DNA of 64,000 nt from Octopus vulgaris (taxonomy: Eukaryota): contig OX597842.1 of NCBI GenBank assembly GCA_951406725.2, forward strand, positions 14,570,001 to 14,634,000. The letters are read 5' to 3'. Position 1 is the first letter of the stretch; each line of letters begins with the position of its first letter. Both the position numbers and the translations under genes were made by a program. Below, in pieces: positions 13,186-26,537 of this stretch. The notes under the pieces are model-generated. The model did not search any database and had not been told where the DNA came from. It was given only the letters and a program-made list of their open reading frames with translations.

Positions 13186-15908
13186 GATAAGAGTTGGGCG
13201 ATGGGAAGAGTTAGAGATGAGAGTTGGGTGATGTGAACAGTTGGTGTGAGGTCAGACGACGAAGAACTGTATACAGTGTGGATTTGTCAACGAAGACATC
13301 GATGTAATGATGCCATGTGAAAAGTCGGAATGAACTGGGCAACGAAGAACCACATTACGCAAATAATCCGGCCGGGTATGCCTACTTCCTTCACTTTAAT
13401 CAAATTGGCTTGCTGGGCTGCTCCCCGGTGCCGCATTTCGCAACATCATTTCTTAAATTTAAGATGTTTATTGTTACAGTTATATTGATATTACCTGATT
13501 TAGTAACAGAATGACAGTTAATTATTGCAGGTCTATATTACGTTTACAATTAAAAGTGATATTGTTAGACTAATTAAACTGCAGATAATTACAAGATCAG
13601 CTTAAATTGCCTGACTCTGAAATTTCGTAAATGAAACATGTAATATAGTCCGGTATCATGAAACTTGTTTTTATTAAAGACATCATCGGTAAACTTTAGG
13701 TTGATATCATAAACCCGATACCTTTTTAGAAATAAAAACACATTAGTTATAATTCTACAAAATTCTTTAAGCCTAAGATTTAGCTGATCTCTCTGTTACA
13801 GTTCAACTGAAATGTACCCTAGTTTGTACAGAGTGGGTTCGACTCTTCCTGAGTATCATTTCAGATTAAAGGATTTGTATTATATTGCATTAATCGTTCT
13901 TACTTCAAATTCCGCTGAAGTCGACTTTGCCTTTTATCCTTTCGGGTCGATAAATTAAGTAACAATTGCGTACTAGGGTCGATCTTATCGATTCTCCTTC
14001 CTCCAAAATTTCTGGTCTTTTGCCTAGAGTACAAAAAAGTTATATGGCATTAGATATTTCAAGTTTCCAGTTTAAATAAAATATTCCAATACTATATTCG
14101 ATCGATTCAAGCGAATTCACTTCTCTACATATTTGGGATTGTCTGAATTAAATAGAAATCCGTATATCTGCACATGGTGACTATACGATATATATTATTT
14201 AGAAATTTAAAATTTTCTTCATTTAATTTATAATTTAGTCAAAAATTGGCCGAACCTGCAGGCCGTCGAGTTGAATGACACCTTGTGGTATTTAATCTAG
14301 CATTCGGTATTCTGACTTAAAATCTAGCCAGGGACGTCCTTAACGTACGGAGTTTTGCGTACATAAAGAGGCCAGTGGACTAGACAAAGTGTAGGGATGT
14401 GGGACTGTGTCTCGTATGGAAATTTTCTAGCTCTTTGTATTTTAGGTTCAAATCCCACTTGTTTTTACTTTCTTCGTTTTGAAGAAGTAGAGGTCATTAA
14501 TTTCGCTGGTTGTGTGATATGGGTGAGAGTGAGGATGGTAATGCTCTGTTTAAATTGTTACAGATAAATTCCCGCCGGAAAGAAGACAGAAACATGGACA
14601 TTCCGTAATCCGATGTTCTGAGGATGAAGAAATAAACATAGCGGTTAATATTACTGAAGGAATGTTAATAAAAAGAGTGGTCTTACTTTGGTTACTTGAG
14701 CGTCAAAAAGTGGGAGTTGTTAGGATTGAAATATTTTCTGGTACTAAAATGAAAAAAAAAATGTCTTTTAAATTCCGTCCTAGATATACACGGGATTAAC
14801 TTTTTCCTATAGTGCTGTTTTTCTTCACAAGTGACTTCCTTCATGATCAAAAGAAAACAGAAGAGAATTCTTTAAGGCTGCCAGAATCCTTTGATTTGTA
14901 GATGTTTTTGAGTGAAAAGGTGTTGGACTTTATTCAAGAGGCAACTTTGAATATCTTGTCAGGCATTTTATGATATTCTATCATTTTCTGCCATCTGTTC
15001 CCATCTCTGTGACTTTAGCTTCAGCTAATAGATTAAATCTGAGCTGAGATATTTTGACTGTTAAAACTGCCATAGCACTGGATATGATTTGAGCGTGGAT
15101 CCAGTGACTTGTTGATGAGAGGGAAAAATTGTTTCGGGCTGCATTTGAGATGTTGATATGAGAGTCTATTTGTAGTACGTCAGTGTGTGTGAAAGATATG
15201 AAACAGTGATTAGCATGTCGCTGCACGATCATAATGTGATTGGTTCAGTTCTTGAACGAAGCTCGGTGTTTGGGACGTTGATCAGGAATGATCCAGTCTA
15301 TTAAGCTGTAAATGTGTACCAGTCAAGTATTGGATGCGACAGCTGGGTTAGGTTTAGGATTGGAGATATAAAAGCGTATCTATGTCAGCTCGGAAATACA
15401 TAGGCACCTGAAGCAATTAGTAAAAGCATTAGATATGTTGCCAAGACATACTCGCTCCACTCGCGCATTAAGGATGGCTATGAATATGTATGTGCGAATG
15501 TGTAAATCTTGAGTGAGAATCTACTATTCGGTAGGTTACGAGGCGGTTGACAATGGAACAGCCTGTAAATATAGGGATTACGTCAAATAAGGAAATACTT
15601 TGTTGGCGCAAACACTGCTGCCCTTTGGCTCAGCGTATCACCCATCTTCCACTCAGTCTACAATATGACAGCGCTGTAGTCTCAGTGAGAAAGTCATTCA
15701 TTGTCCAATGGTGTAAATGATACCAAGCTAGACAAAGGGACTTCTATGTAGTTTCCGAAGTGTATTACCGCTAACGCTTTTAGACTTAGTTAACATAGAT
15801 GTTATGAAGCTACCGAATAATGCAAATGACTTATAACTATGAATATTTCTTCATCCCGCATCGATTCTTGCGGAAATAAACAAAGGGCACAATCGGTTGT
15901 GGCCCACA
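13107..15908. repeat. Intronic block X, copy 1 (~2.8 kb; contains a SINE at ~13905-14035)
   Basis: High-identity copies at 19113, 23690, 27259, 30240 and 33276. Confidence 0.95.
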
Positions 15909-16034
15909 ATATGGCCCATCATTCAAAAGAATAATCAACAGCGCCAACCTTAAAACTCATCATTAGAAAAATGCAAGCACACAGAAATAATATCAACTTT
16001 GAATGCCTGAGCTCTAAATTATCATTAATATTTG

Positions 16035-16546
16035 AATCGGTAGCATCAGTTATATATAATTACAATTGTAATTAGTGACGACATATAAGGATATGGCTAT
16101 AATTATAGATATATAATAGCATGAAAGTGTAATAAAACTAGGTTTAACGAAATGGACCAGCAAAGACAAAACAACTCATGAATTCACTAATGAAAAGTGA
16201 TAACAACACAATTATCAAATCTTCCCACGAGATGATGATTAGCAGACCTAACATCAGTTCTCAATCAAAATAAATCTAGTAATGAAAGGGTTGTGGGTGT
16301 AGAACACCTTGTTATGTGGAGTGTAGTTGCAAAGGCGAAGATATATAAGGTACAGAGTACAATACGCCATATTCTGTAAGATAAAAACTATGAAGTCTTA
16401 GCTTGCCAGCCAACAACCTAGATATCGAGTGTGAGATCTTCACCACTTGTCTGCAACCAAGGGTAAAATGAGAACATTGTATACTTCAAGCACTACGTTA
16501 GTCATTGTAAACGTTTACTTGTTAGAAAAACAATTATTTTAAAGAT
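16035..16546. repeat. Segment duplicated at 32766..33277
   Basis: aatcggtagcatcagttatatataattac...ttaaagat is near-identical at both places. Confidence 0.93.
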
Positions 16547-16818
16547 ATTTTGAAAAATGTAGCGTATGTTCATAAAACATTTACCACAGAAAATATGAAT
16601 ATAAAAGTAGAGGGTATTTTAGTTTTTTTTTCTTATGTTCTGTGTATTTACAATTCTCAGTGAATTAACATTCACAGACAAACTGAGGATTTTCGGTATC
16701 TTGGCATCTTTTATAAAACAGTTTACCCAAAATATAAGGAAATGATGAGATAATATCTATTTTAGGTATTAATAATCCCAGGGAAGCTCGGCCTTAGCCG
16801 CTTGTGTGTACATACATT

Positions 16819-17713
16819 CGAGGGGCTGCCCAAAAGAAACAGTAATTTTGCAATATTATATTATTCAATAAGATTTACATATTTACACTTTTATTGTGTT
16901 CAAAGTATTCTCCATTTTAATCAATGCATCGTTCCAGTCGCCTTTTCAGCTACTGGAATCCGTGTTGGACCTATTCCGAAGTGATGCTTTTTAACGCCTC
17001 CATCGTTTTCTTTCCTCACTTCAACATCTTCAAATTCCGTAGCTCCAGCTTTCGTCACCAGTGATGACCTTCGAAAACACTTTCGGATTACCTCATAACC
17101 CTTCTTCTAGCTCACGACACGCATTCAGCCGTGACTATTTATGACATTACGTGAGCAAACGAGGCATATATTTTGCTGGAACGCTTTTCATTCACAATTC
17201 CTCGCAGAAAATTCATTGGCAGGAGCTCCAGGACAAAATCGACATTTCAACAATTTCATGAAATGCTCAGTGACGGTCCTGAAGGATCAGATCATTAATT
17301 TTCATGATGTTTGGGTGGTTGATTGATGGTTGTCATGAATGAGGTTGGTTTTCACGCGACAAGTGACCATTGCTAAATCGTGAAAACCATTCATAAACTT
17401 GTGCTTTGTCCATTGCATCATCCTTGTGATGGGATGCATGACAATTGTTTCATCTGCAGTTTTCAGCAGCAGTAAACAGAATTTCACAGAAGCACAATGT
17501 TCCTTCGTTCCAGCCATTGCAAAAAACATACGAACTGGGCAGAAATACGTCAAAACAAAGACGAACTACGCGGCAGTACAACACTACCGGATAACGCCGG
17601 TTGGCTGACTGATGCCTGACAGTCGCATCAAGTGGAGTTTAGCGATGGAAACCTGAACTACAACGGGTTTGTTTTACAGAGAACATTTACGGTTACTTCT
17701 GTGTATCCCCTCG
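16819..17713 (-). mobile_element. Internally deleted mariner element
   Basis: Imperfect TIRs cgaggggctgcccaaaagaaacagtaa / ttacggttacttctgtgtatcccctcg followed by TA; minus-strand EHCASVKFCLLLLKTADETIVM resembles a mariner transposase N-terminus. Confidence 0.75.
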
Positions 17714-18312
17714 TATATACATAGGCATTTACATACATATATGTACACACAGCCACACACATACACATATGTAACGTAATGAAATAGGGATTTGAAATCC
17801 GAGCAGATACTTTTTAGCACCCTGAGGAAATCTTGGGCTGATTAACAAATGAATGTAATATGAAGAAAATGCTTCAACAAATAAATTTTGAAGATGTAAT
17901 ATTCTTCGTTCTTCATGTTCAACTATTGAGTTAACACACACACGCTTACAGAAACACATACATACACACGTGCGTGCACAAACACACGCTTGCTTGCTTC
18001 ATGATCATCCCAGGGTAGTGGTCCCCGAAACATTCTTCGTTCCCATCATTATTACCGAGACTATTCGCCGCAACACTATTCTTTCTATCAGCTGTCAACA
18101 TTGTCAGGTTCATCATCAACTTTATTCATTACCATAGACAACCGCAGTTAGTTGCACCCACTTGAACATCATCATCATCATCATTATCAATTTCAACAGA
18201 ACCGTAATCAACTCTTCATGATTTCCATAGTTTAATTCCTTACTCGAAATATGTTTATACTTCCACATGTTTGTTCCATAAATTTTCATCTTGACTCAAT
18301 TTTATGTTCCAG

Positions 18313-18382
18313 GGAATTGACCAATAATAACTCAATGAAATCAAACCAGAAACCTTCCAATATTTGACCAATTTAAAAATCT
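18313..18382 (+). pseudogene. LRR exon A1, 70 nt: frameshifted pseudo-exon or assembly indels
   Basis: ttccag| and |gtaagt are intact. It aligns to A2-A4 as ELTNN-LNEIKPETFQYLTNLK-(L) but has two 1-nt deletions, both at A-runs. Confidence 0.8.
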
Positions 18383-19112
18383 GTAAGTTAAACCAATCTT
18401 CATTTATAGTATATCATTGCCGATATATTTCCATGTTTGTAATTTCGCTCACTCTCGTCATTTTCCTTTCACACGGTATTATATGTTCATCATCATCGAC
18501 AAGAGAAACTTCACCACCAACATCATCAGCATCAACACCATGTTCATCATCACTATAAACATACAAATCCCTATTTACCTGTGTCTATCATTCGGTATGG
18601 ATATTATGTCTGGTGTTTACGCCAAATAACATACTTCAATACCGATGGCATTTGTACATTTAGAACTACGTCATTTATAAAATTCATTTATAAAATTCTT
18701 CTTGGACTTATTCTTGTTCCTTTCTTCTTCTTTTCTTCTCCTACTTATTCTTCACCTCTTTCGCTTCTTCTTTAACCTCTACTTCCACTTCATCTTCATT
18801 ACCTCCTCCACCTCTTCCTTGCTATTCTCCTTCTTACTCCTCCTCTTTTTCTTCGTCTTCTTTTCGTCATTTTCGTTTCCTTCATTTCATCATATTAGTT
18901 ATTATCTCCTTCTACATATTCTTCGTCTCCGTTTTCTTCTTCTACTTCCTCTACGTATTGTTTTAATGTTGTTGATTTGATGTTGTTTTTGTCCTACCAT
19001 TCTTGTTTTTCTTTCTCTTCTTCTACATCTTATCGTCCTGCTCTTCCTCATTTTCCTTCTTCTTCTTCTTCTTCTTCTTCTTCTTCTTCTTCTTCTTTTT
19101 CTACTTCTTCTT

Positions 19113-21915
19113 CTGTTTTTTCATATGTTAATTGTCCCCAAATTATGCGTATTGTCCCTCTATGTTAGACCCTTGTGGGTAATTAAAAATCGGATAAGAG
19201 TTGGGCGATGGGAAGAGTTAGAGATGAGAGGTGGGTGATGTGAATAGTTGGTGTGAGGTCAGACGACGAAGAACTGCATACGGTGTGGATTTGTTAACGA
19301 AGACATCGGTGTAATGATGCCATGTGAGGAGTCGAAATGAACCTGGCAACGAAGAACCACATTACGCAAATAATCCGGCTGGGTATGCCTACTTCCTCCA
19401 CTTTAATCAATTTGGCTTGCTGGGCGCCCCCCCCCCCCGGGTGCCGCATTTCGCAACATCATTTCCTAAATTTAAGATGTTTATTGTTACAGTTATATTG
19501 ATATTAGCTGATTTAGTAACAGAATGACAGTTAATTATTCCATGTCTATATTACGTTTACAATTAAAAGTGATATTGTTAGACTAATTAAACTGCAGATA
19601 ATTACGAGATTCTCTTAAATTGCCTGACTATGAAATTACGTAAATGAAACATGTAAAATAGTCCGGTATTATGAAACTTATTTTTATTAAAGACGTCATC
19701 GGTAAAATTTAGGTTGATATCATAAACCCGATAACTTTTTAGATATAAAAACACATTAGTTATAATTCTACAAATTTCTTTAAGCTTAAGATTTAGCTGA
19801 TCTCTCTGTTACAGTTCAACTGAAAAGTACCCTAGATTGCACAGAGTGGGTTCGACTCTTCCTGAGTATTATTTCAGATTAAAGGATTTGTGTTATATTG
19901 CATTAATCGTTCTTACTTCAAATTCCGCCGAAGTCGACTTTGCCCTTCATCCTTTCGGGGTCTATAAATTAAGTAACAGTTGCATACTAGGGTCGATCTA
20001 ATCGACTCTCCTTACACCAAAATATCTGGTATTTTGCCTACAGTAGAAAAAGTTATATGGCATTAAATACTTGAAGTTTCCAGTTTAAATAAAATATTCC
20101 AATACTATATTCGATCGATTCAAGCGAATTCACTTGCTTCTCTACACATTTGGGATTGTCTGAATAAAATAGAAATCGGTATATATGCAGATGGTGAATA
20201 TACGATATATACTATTTAGAAATTTTAATTCATAATTTAGTCAAAAATTGACCGAACCTGCAGCTCATCGACTTGAATGACACCTTGTGGTATTTAATCT
20301 GGCATTCGGTATTCTAACTTTAAATCTAGCCGAGGACATCCTTATATTACGGCTTTTTGCGTACTTGAAGAGGCCAGTGGACTAGACAAAGTGTAGGGAT
20401 ATCGGACTGGGTCTCGTATGGACATTTTCTAGCTCTTTCCATTTTAAGTTCAAATCCCACTTGCTTTTACTTTCTGCGTTTTGAAGAAGGAGTTGAGCTC
20501 ATTAATGTCGCTGGTTGTGCGATATTGGTGGGGGTGATGATGGTAATGCTCCGTTTAAATTGTTACAGATAAATTCCCACCGGAAAGAAGACAAGAACAT
20601 GGAGGACATTCCAGAAGCCGATGTTCTGAGGATGAAGAACTAAACATAGCGGTTAATATTACTGAAGGAATGTTAATAAAAAGAGTGGTCTTACTTTGGT
20701 TACTTGAGCGTCAAAAAGTGGGAGTTGTTAGGATTGAAATATTTTCTGGTTCTAAAAAGAAAAAAAATTGTCTTTTAAATTCAGTCCTAGATATACACGG
20801 GATCTACTTTCTCCTATAGTGATGTTCTACTTCAAAAGTGACTTCCTTCAGGATCAAAAGAGATGAGAATCCATTATGGCTGCCAGAATCCTTAGATGTT
20901 TAGATGTTTTTGTGTGAAAGGATGTTGGACTTTATTCAAGAGACAACTTTGAATTTCTTGTCAGACATTTATGATATTCTATCATTTTCTGCAATCAGTT
21001 CCTATCTCTGTGATTTTAGCTTCAGCCAATAGATAAATCCGATGTTTTGACCGTAAAAACTACCATATCACTGGATCTGATTTGAGCGTGGATCCAGTGA
21101 ATTGTTGATGACAGGGGAAACTTGCTATGGGCTGCATTTGAGCTGTTGGTATCGGTTTCTACTTGTAGTACCTCAGTATGTGTGAAAGATGTGATACAGT
21201 GATTAGCATGTCGCTGCACGATCATAATGTGATTGGTTCATTTCTTTAAGTGAGCAAGGTGTTTGGGAAGTTCTTCAGGATTTATCCAGTCTACCCAGCT
21301 GTAAATGTGTACCAGTCAAGTGTTAGAAGCGACAGCTGGGTTAGGGTTAGGGTTGGAGATATAAAAGTCTATCTATGTCTGCTCGGAAATACATAGGCAC
21401 CTGAAGCAATTAGTAAAAGCTTTAGATATGTTGCCAAGACATACTCGCTCCACTCGCGATTTAAGGATGGCTATGAATGTGTGTGCGAATGTGTAAATCT
21501 TGAGTGAGTATCTTCTATTCGGTAGGTTACAAGGCGGTGGATAATGGAACAGCATGTAAATATAGGGATTACGTCAAATATGGGACTACTTTGTTGGCGC
21601 AAACACAGCTGCCCTTTGGCTCAGCGTATCACCCATCTTCCCCTCAATCTATGGTTACAGGCAAAGCCGTGGGAAACAATATGACAGTCTCAGTGAGAAA
21701 GTCATCCATTAGCCAATGATGACAAAGATACGAAGCTAGACAAAGGGACTTCTGTATAGTTTCCGAAATGTATTACCGCTAACGCTTTTAGACTTAGCTA
21801 ACATAGATGTTATGAAACTAACGAATAATGCAAATAATTATAACTATAATTATTTCTTCATCAGGCATCGATTCTGGCGGGGATAGTCAAAGGGCACAAT
21901 CGGTTGTGGCCCAAA
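19113..21915. repeat. Intronic block X, copy 2
   Basis: Colinear with 13107..15908. Confidence 0.95.
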
Positions 21916-22946
21916 CTATTATTGCTATTATTATTATTATTGTTATTATTATTTTCTCCTTGTTTTTGTTCTTCTTTTCTTCTTCTGCTTCCCCTTCTTC
22001 TTCTGGTTCTTCTTCTTTTTCTTCCTCTACTTGTTCTTCTTCTTCTTATTATTTTTTTTAGTTCTTCTTCTTCTTGTTCTTCTTCTTGTTCTTCTTCTTC
22101 CTCTTCTTGTTCTTCTTCTTCTTCTTCTTCTTCTTCTTTTTCTTCTTCTTCTTCTTCTTCTTCTTCTTCTTCTTCTAATTTTTCTTTTGCACTATCTTCA
22201 CACTCATATTTTTTCCACTCTTATTCATTTCTATTTTTTTATCTTCTACTTTGCATCTGTCATCGTCTTCTTCTTTTCATCATTTTCCTTTTCTTCGTTT
22301 CACCATTTTAGTTATCTTCTCCATCTGCATATTCTTTCTCTCCGTTTACTTCTTCTACTTCCTCTAATTATTGTTTTTAATGTTGTTGATTTTGTGCTAA
22401 TTGTCTTCTTTTTCTTTCTTTTCTTCCACTTTGTATCTTCCTGCTCTACTTTTTCTTCTTTTTCTTCTTCTTCGTCGTTCTTCATTTCTAATCGCTCTTT
22501 TTTATATTCCATTTCGTCTACTTTTTCGTCATCTTCATATTTTTCTTCTACTTTTTCTTATTCTCCTTCTTACCGATTTTCATTTACTTCTCATTCATTA
22601 TCAATTTCTTCGTTCCCATTATCATTACCGACATTATTATCAGCAACACTTTTCTTTCTCTCAGTTTTCAATATTATCAGGCTCATCATTACCTTTATCT
22701 TTAACATCATTAATTACCACACACTACCGCAATAAGTTAGCTTTATCACCAACTTTATTCATTACCATATCCTACCGCAGTTAGTTGCACCCACTTCAAC
22801 ATCATCATCATCGTTATTATCAATTTCAACGGAACCGTAATCAACTCTTCGTGATTTCCATAGTTTATTTCCTTACTCGAAATATGTTATGTACTGCCAC
22901 TTGCCTGTTCCATAAAGTTTGAAATTAACTCAATTCTATATTGCAG

Positions 22947-23018
22947 GAGTTTTGGCGGTAATAATTTTACTGAAATCCAACCAGAAACCTTCCAATATTT
23001 GACCAATTTAACTACTCT
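22947..23018 (+). CDS. LRR exon A2: SFGGNNFTEIQPETFQYLTNLTT(L)
   Basis: 72 nt, ttgcag| ... ct|gtaagt, phase 2-2, open frame, 24-aa typical-class LRR. Confidence 0.92.
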
Positions 23019-23689
23019 GTAAGTTAAATCAATCTTCATTGACAGTATATCATTGCCGATATATTTCCAAGCTTGTAATTTCGCTCATTCTCTTCACCAC
23101 CAACATCATCAGCATCAACACCATGTTCATCATCACTATAAACATGCAAATCCCTATTCACCTGTGTCTATCATTCGGTATGGATATTATGTCTGGTGTT
23201 TACGCTAAATAACATGCTTCAATACCGATGGCATTTGTACGTTTAGAACTACGTCATTTATAAAACTCATTTATAAAATTCTTCTTGGACATATTCTTCT
23301 TCCTTTCTTCTTCTTTTCTTCTCCTACTTATTTTTCACCTCTCTCTCTTCTTCTTTAACTTCTACATCCACTTCATCTTCATTACCTCCTCCTGCACTTC
23401 CTTTCTCTTCTTCTTCTTATTCCTCCTCTTTTTCTTCTTCTTCTTCTTCTTTTCGTCATTTTCGTTTCCTTCATTTCATCATATTAGTTATAATCTCCTT
23501 CTACATATTCTTCGTCTCCGTTTTCTTCTTCTACTTCCTCTACGTATTGTTTTAATGTTGTTGATTTGATGTTGTTTTTGTCCTACCATTCTTGTTTTTC
23601 TTTCTCTTCTTCTACATCTTATCGTTCTGCTCTTCCTCATTTTTCTTCTTCTTCTTCTTCTTCTTCTTTTTCTTCTTTTTCTTCTTCTT

Positions 23690-25081
23690 CTGTTCTTTCA
23701 TATGTTTATTGTCCCCAAATGTGCGTATTGTCCGTCTATGTTAGACCCTTGTAGGTAATTAAAAATCGGATAAGTGTTGGGCGATGGGGAGAGTTAGAGA
23801 TGAGAGTTGGGTGATGTGAACAGTTGGTGTGAGGTCAGACGACGAAGAATGGCATACAGTGTGGATTTGTCAACGAAGACATTGGTGTAATGATGCCATG
23901 TGAGGAGTCGAAATGAACCTGACAACGAAGAACCACATTACGCAAATAATCCGGCTGGGTATGCCTACTTCTTCCACTTTAATCAAATTTGCTTGCTGGG
24001 CTGCGCCCCGGATGCCGCATTTCGCAACATCATTTCCTAAATTTAAGATATTTATTGTTACAGTTATATTGATATTAGCTGATTTAGTAACAGAATGACA
24101 GTTAATTATTGCATGTCTATATTACGTTTACCATTAAAAGTGATATCGTTAGACTAATTAAACTGCAGATAATTACGAGATCCGCTTAAATTGCTTGACT
24201 CTGAAATTACGTAAATGAAACATGTAAAATAGTCCGGTATTATGAAACGTATTTTTATTAAAGACGTCATTGGTAAAATAAACCCGATACATTTTTAGAA
24301 ATAAAAAGACATTAGTTATAATTCTACAAAATACTTTAAGCTTAAGATTTAGCTGATCTGTCTGTTACAGTTCAACTGAAATGTACCCTAGATTGTACAG
24401 AGTGGGTTTGACTCTTCCTGAGTATTATTTCAGATTAAAGGATTTGTATTACATTGCATTAATCGTTCTGACTTCAAATTCCGCAGAAGTCGACTTTACC
24501 TTTCATCCTTTCGGATGTATTACCGCTAAAAGTCTATCTATGTCTGCTCGGAAATACATAGGCACCTGAAGCAATTAGTAAAAGCTTTAGATATGTTGCC
24601 AAGACATACTCGCTCGACTAGCGATTTAAGGATGGCTATGAATGTGTGTGCGAATGTGTAAATCTTGAGTGAGTATCTTCTATTCGGTAGGTTACCAGGC
24701 GGTGGATAATGGAACAGCCTGTAAATATAGGGATTACGTCAAACAAGGGACTACTTTGTTGTCGCAAACACAGCTGCCCTTTGGCTCAGCGTATCACCCA
24801 TCTTCCACTCAATCTATGGTTACAGGCAAAGCCGTGGGAAACAATATGACAGTATCAGTGAGAAAGTCATCCATTAGCCAATGGTGACAATGATACGAAG
24901 CTAGACAAAGGGACTTCTGTATAGTTTCCGAAATGTATTACCGCTAACGCTTTTAGACTTAGCTAACATAGATGTTATGAAACTAACGAATAATGCAAAT
25001 AATTATAACTATAATTATTTCTTCATCAGGTATCGATTTTGGCGGGGATAGTCAAAGGGCACAATCGGTTGTGGCCCAAAC
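23690..25081. repeat. Intronic block X, copy 3 (~1.4 kb internal deletion)
   Basis: Matches X up to ~24514 and resumes at taaaagtctatctatg. Confidence 0.92.
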
Positions 25082-26108
25082 TATTTTTACTATTATTATT
25101 ATTATTGTTATTATTATTTTCTCCTTGTTTTTGTCATTTTTTTCTTCTTCTGCTTCTTCTTCTTCTTCTTCTTCTGCTTCTTTTTCTTTTCTTCTTCTTC
25201 TTCTTCTTGTTTTTCTTCTTGTTTTTCTTGTTCTTTTTCTTCCTCTTCTTCTTCTTCTTCTTTTTCTTCTTCTTCTTTTTCTTCTTCTTCTTTTTCTCTT
25301 TGTCTTCTTCTTCTTCTTCTTCTTCTTCTTCTTCTTCTTCTAATTTTTCTTTTGCACTATCTTCACACTCATATTTTTTCCACTCTTATTCATTTTTATT
25401 TTTTTATCTTCTACTTTGCATCTGTCATCGTCTTCTTCTTTTCATCATTTTCCTTTTCTTCGTTTCATCATTTTAGTTATCTTCTCCATCTGCATATTCT
25501 TTCTCTCCGTTTACTTCTTCTACTTCCTCTAATTATTGTTTTTAATGTTGTTGATTTTGTGCTAATTGTCTTCTTTTTCTTTCTTTTCTTCCACTTTGTA
25601 TCTTCCTGCTCTACTTTTTCTTCTTTTTCTTCTTCTTCGTCGTTCTTCATTTCTAATCGCTCTTTTTTATATTCCATTTCGTCTGCTTTTTCGTCATCTT
25701 CATATTTTTCTTCTACTTTTTTTTATTCTCCTTCTTACCGATTTTCATTTACTTCTCTTTCATTATCAATTTCGTTCCCATCATCATTACCGACATTATT
25801 ATCCGCAACACTTTTCTTTCTCTCAGTTTTCAATATTTTCAGGCTCATAATTACCTTTATCATTAACTTTATTCATTACCAAACACTACCGCAATAAGTT
25901 AGCTTTATCATCAACTTTATTCATTACCATATCCTACCGCAGTGAGTTGCACCCACTTGAACATCATCATCATCGTTATTATCAATTTCAACAGAACCGT
26001 AATCAACTCTTCATGATTTCAATAGTATAATTCCTTGCTCAAAATATGTTATATACTTCCAAAAACCTGTTCCATAAAGTTTCATCCTAACTCAATTTTA
26101 TGTTCCAG

Positions 26109-26180
26109 GGGTTTGTGGCGTAATAATGTAACTGAAATCAAACCAGAAACCTTCCAATATTTGACCAATTTAAAGTATCT
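26109..26180 (+). CDS. LRR exon A3: GLWRNNVTEIKPETFQYLTNLKY(L)
   Basis: 72 nt, ttccag| ... ct|gtaaga, phase 2-2. Confidence 0.92.
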
Positions 26181-26465
26181 GTAAGATAAATCAATCTTCA
26201 TTTATAGTATATCATTGCCGATATATTTCCATGTTTGTAATTTCGCTCACTCTCGTCATTTTCCTTTCACCCGGTATTATATGTTCATCATCATCGACAA
26301 GAGAAACTTCGCCGCCATCATCATCATCATCATCATTATCAATTTCAACAGAACCGTAATCAACTCTTCATGATTTCCATAGTTTAATTCCTCACTCGTT
26401 TTTTTGTTTATACTTCCAAAAACATGTTCCATAAAGTTTCATCTTAAATCAATTTTACGTTCCAG

Positions 26466-26537
26466 GGAATTGTGGGGTAATAATCTCACTGAAATCAAAC
26501 CAGAAACCTTCCAATATTTGACCAATTTAAAAAGTCT
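26466..26537 (+). CDS. LRR exon A4: ELWGNNLTEIKPETFQYLTNLKS(L)
   Basis: 72 nt, ttccag| ... ct|gtaagt, phase 2-2. Confidence 0.92.
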
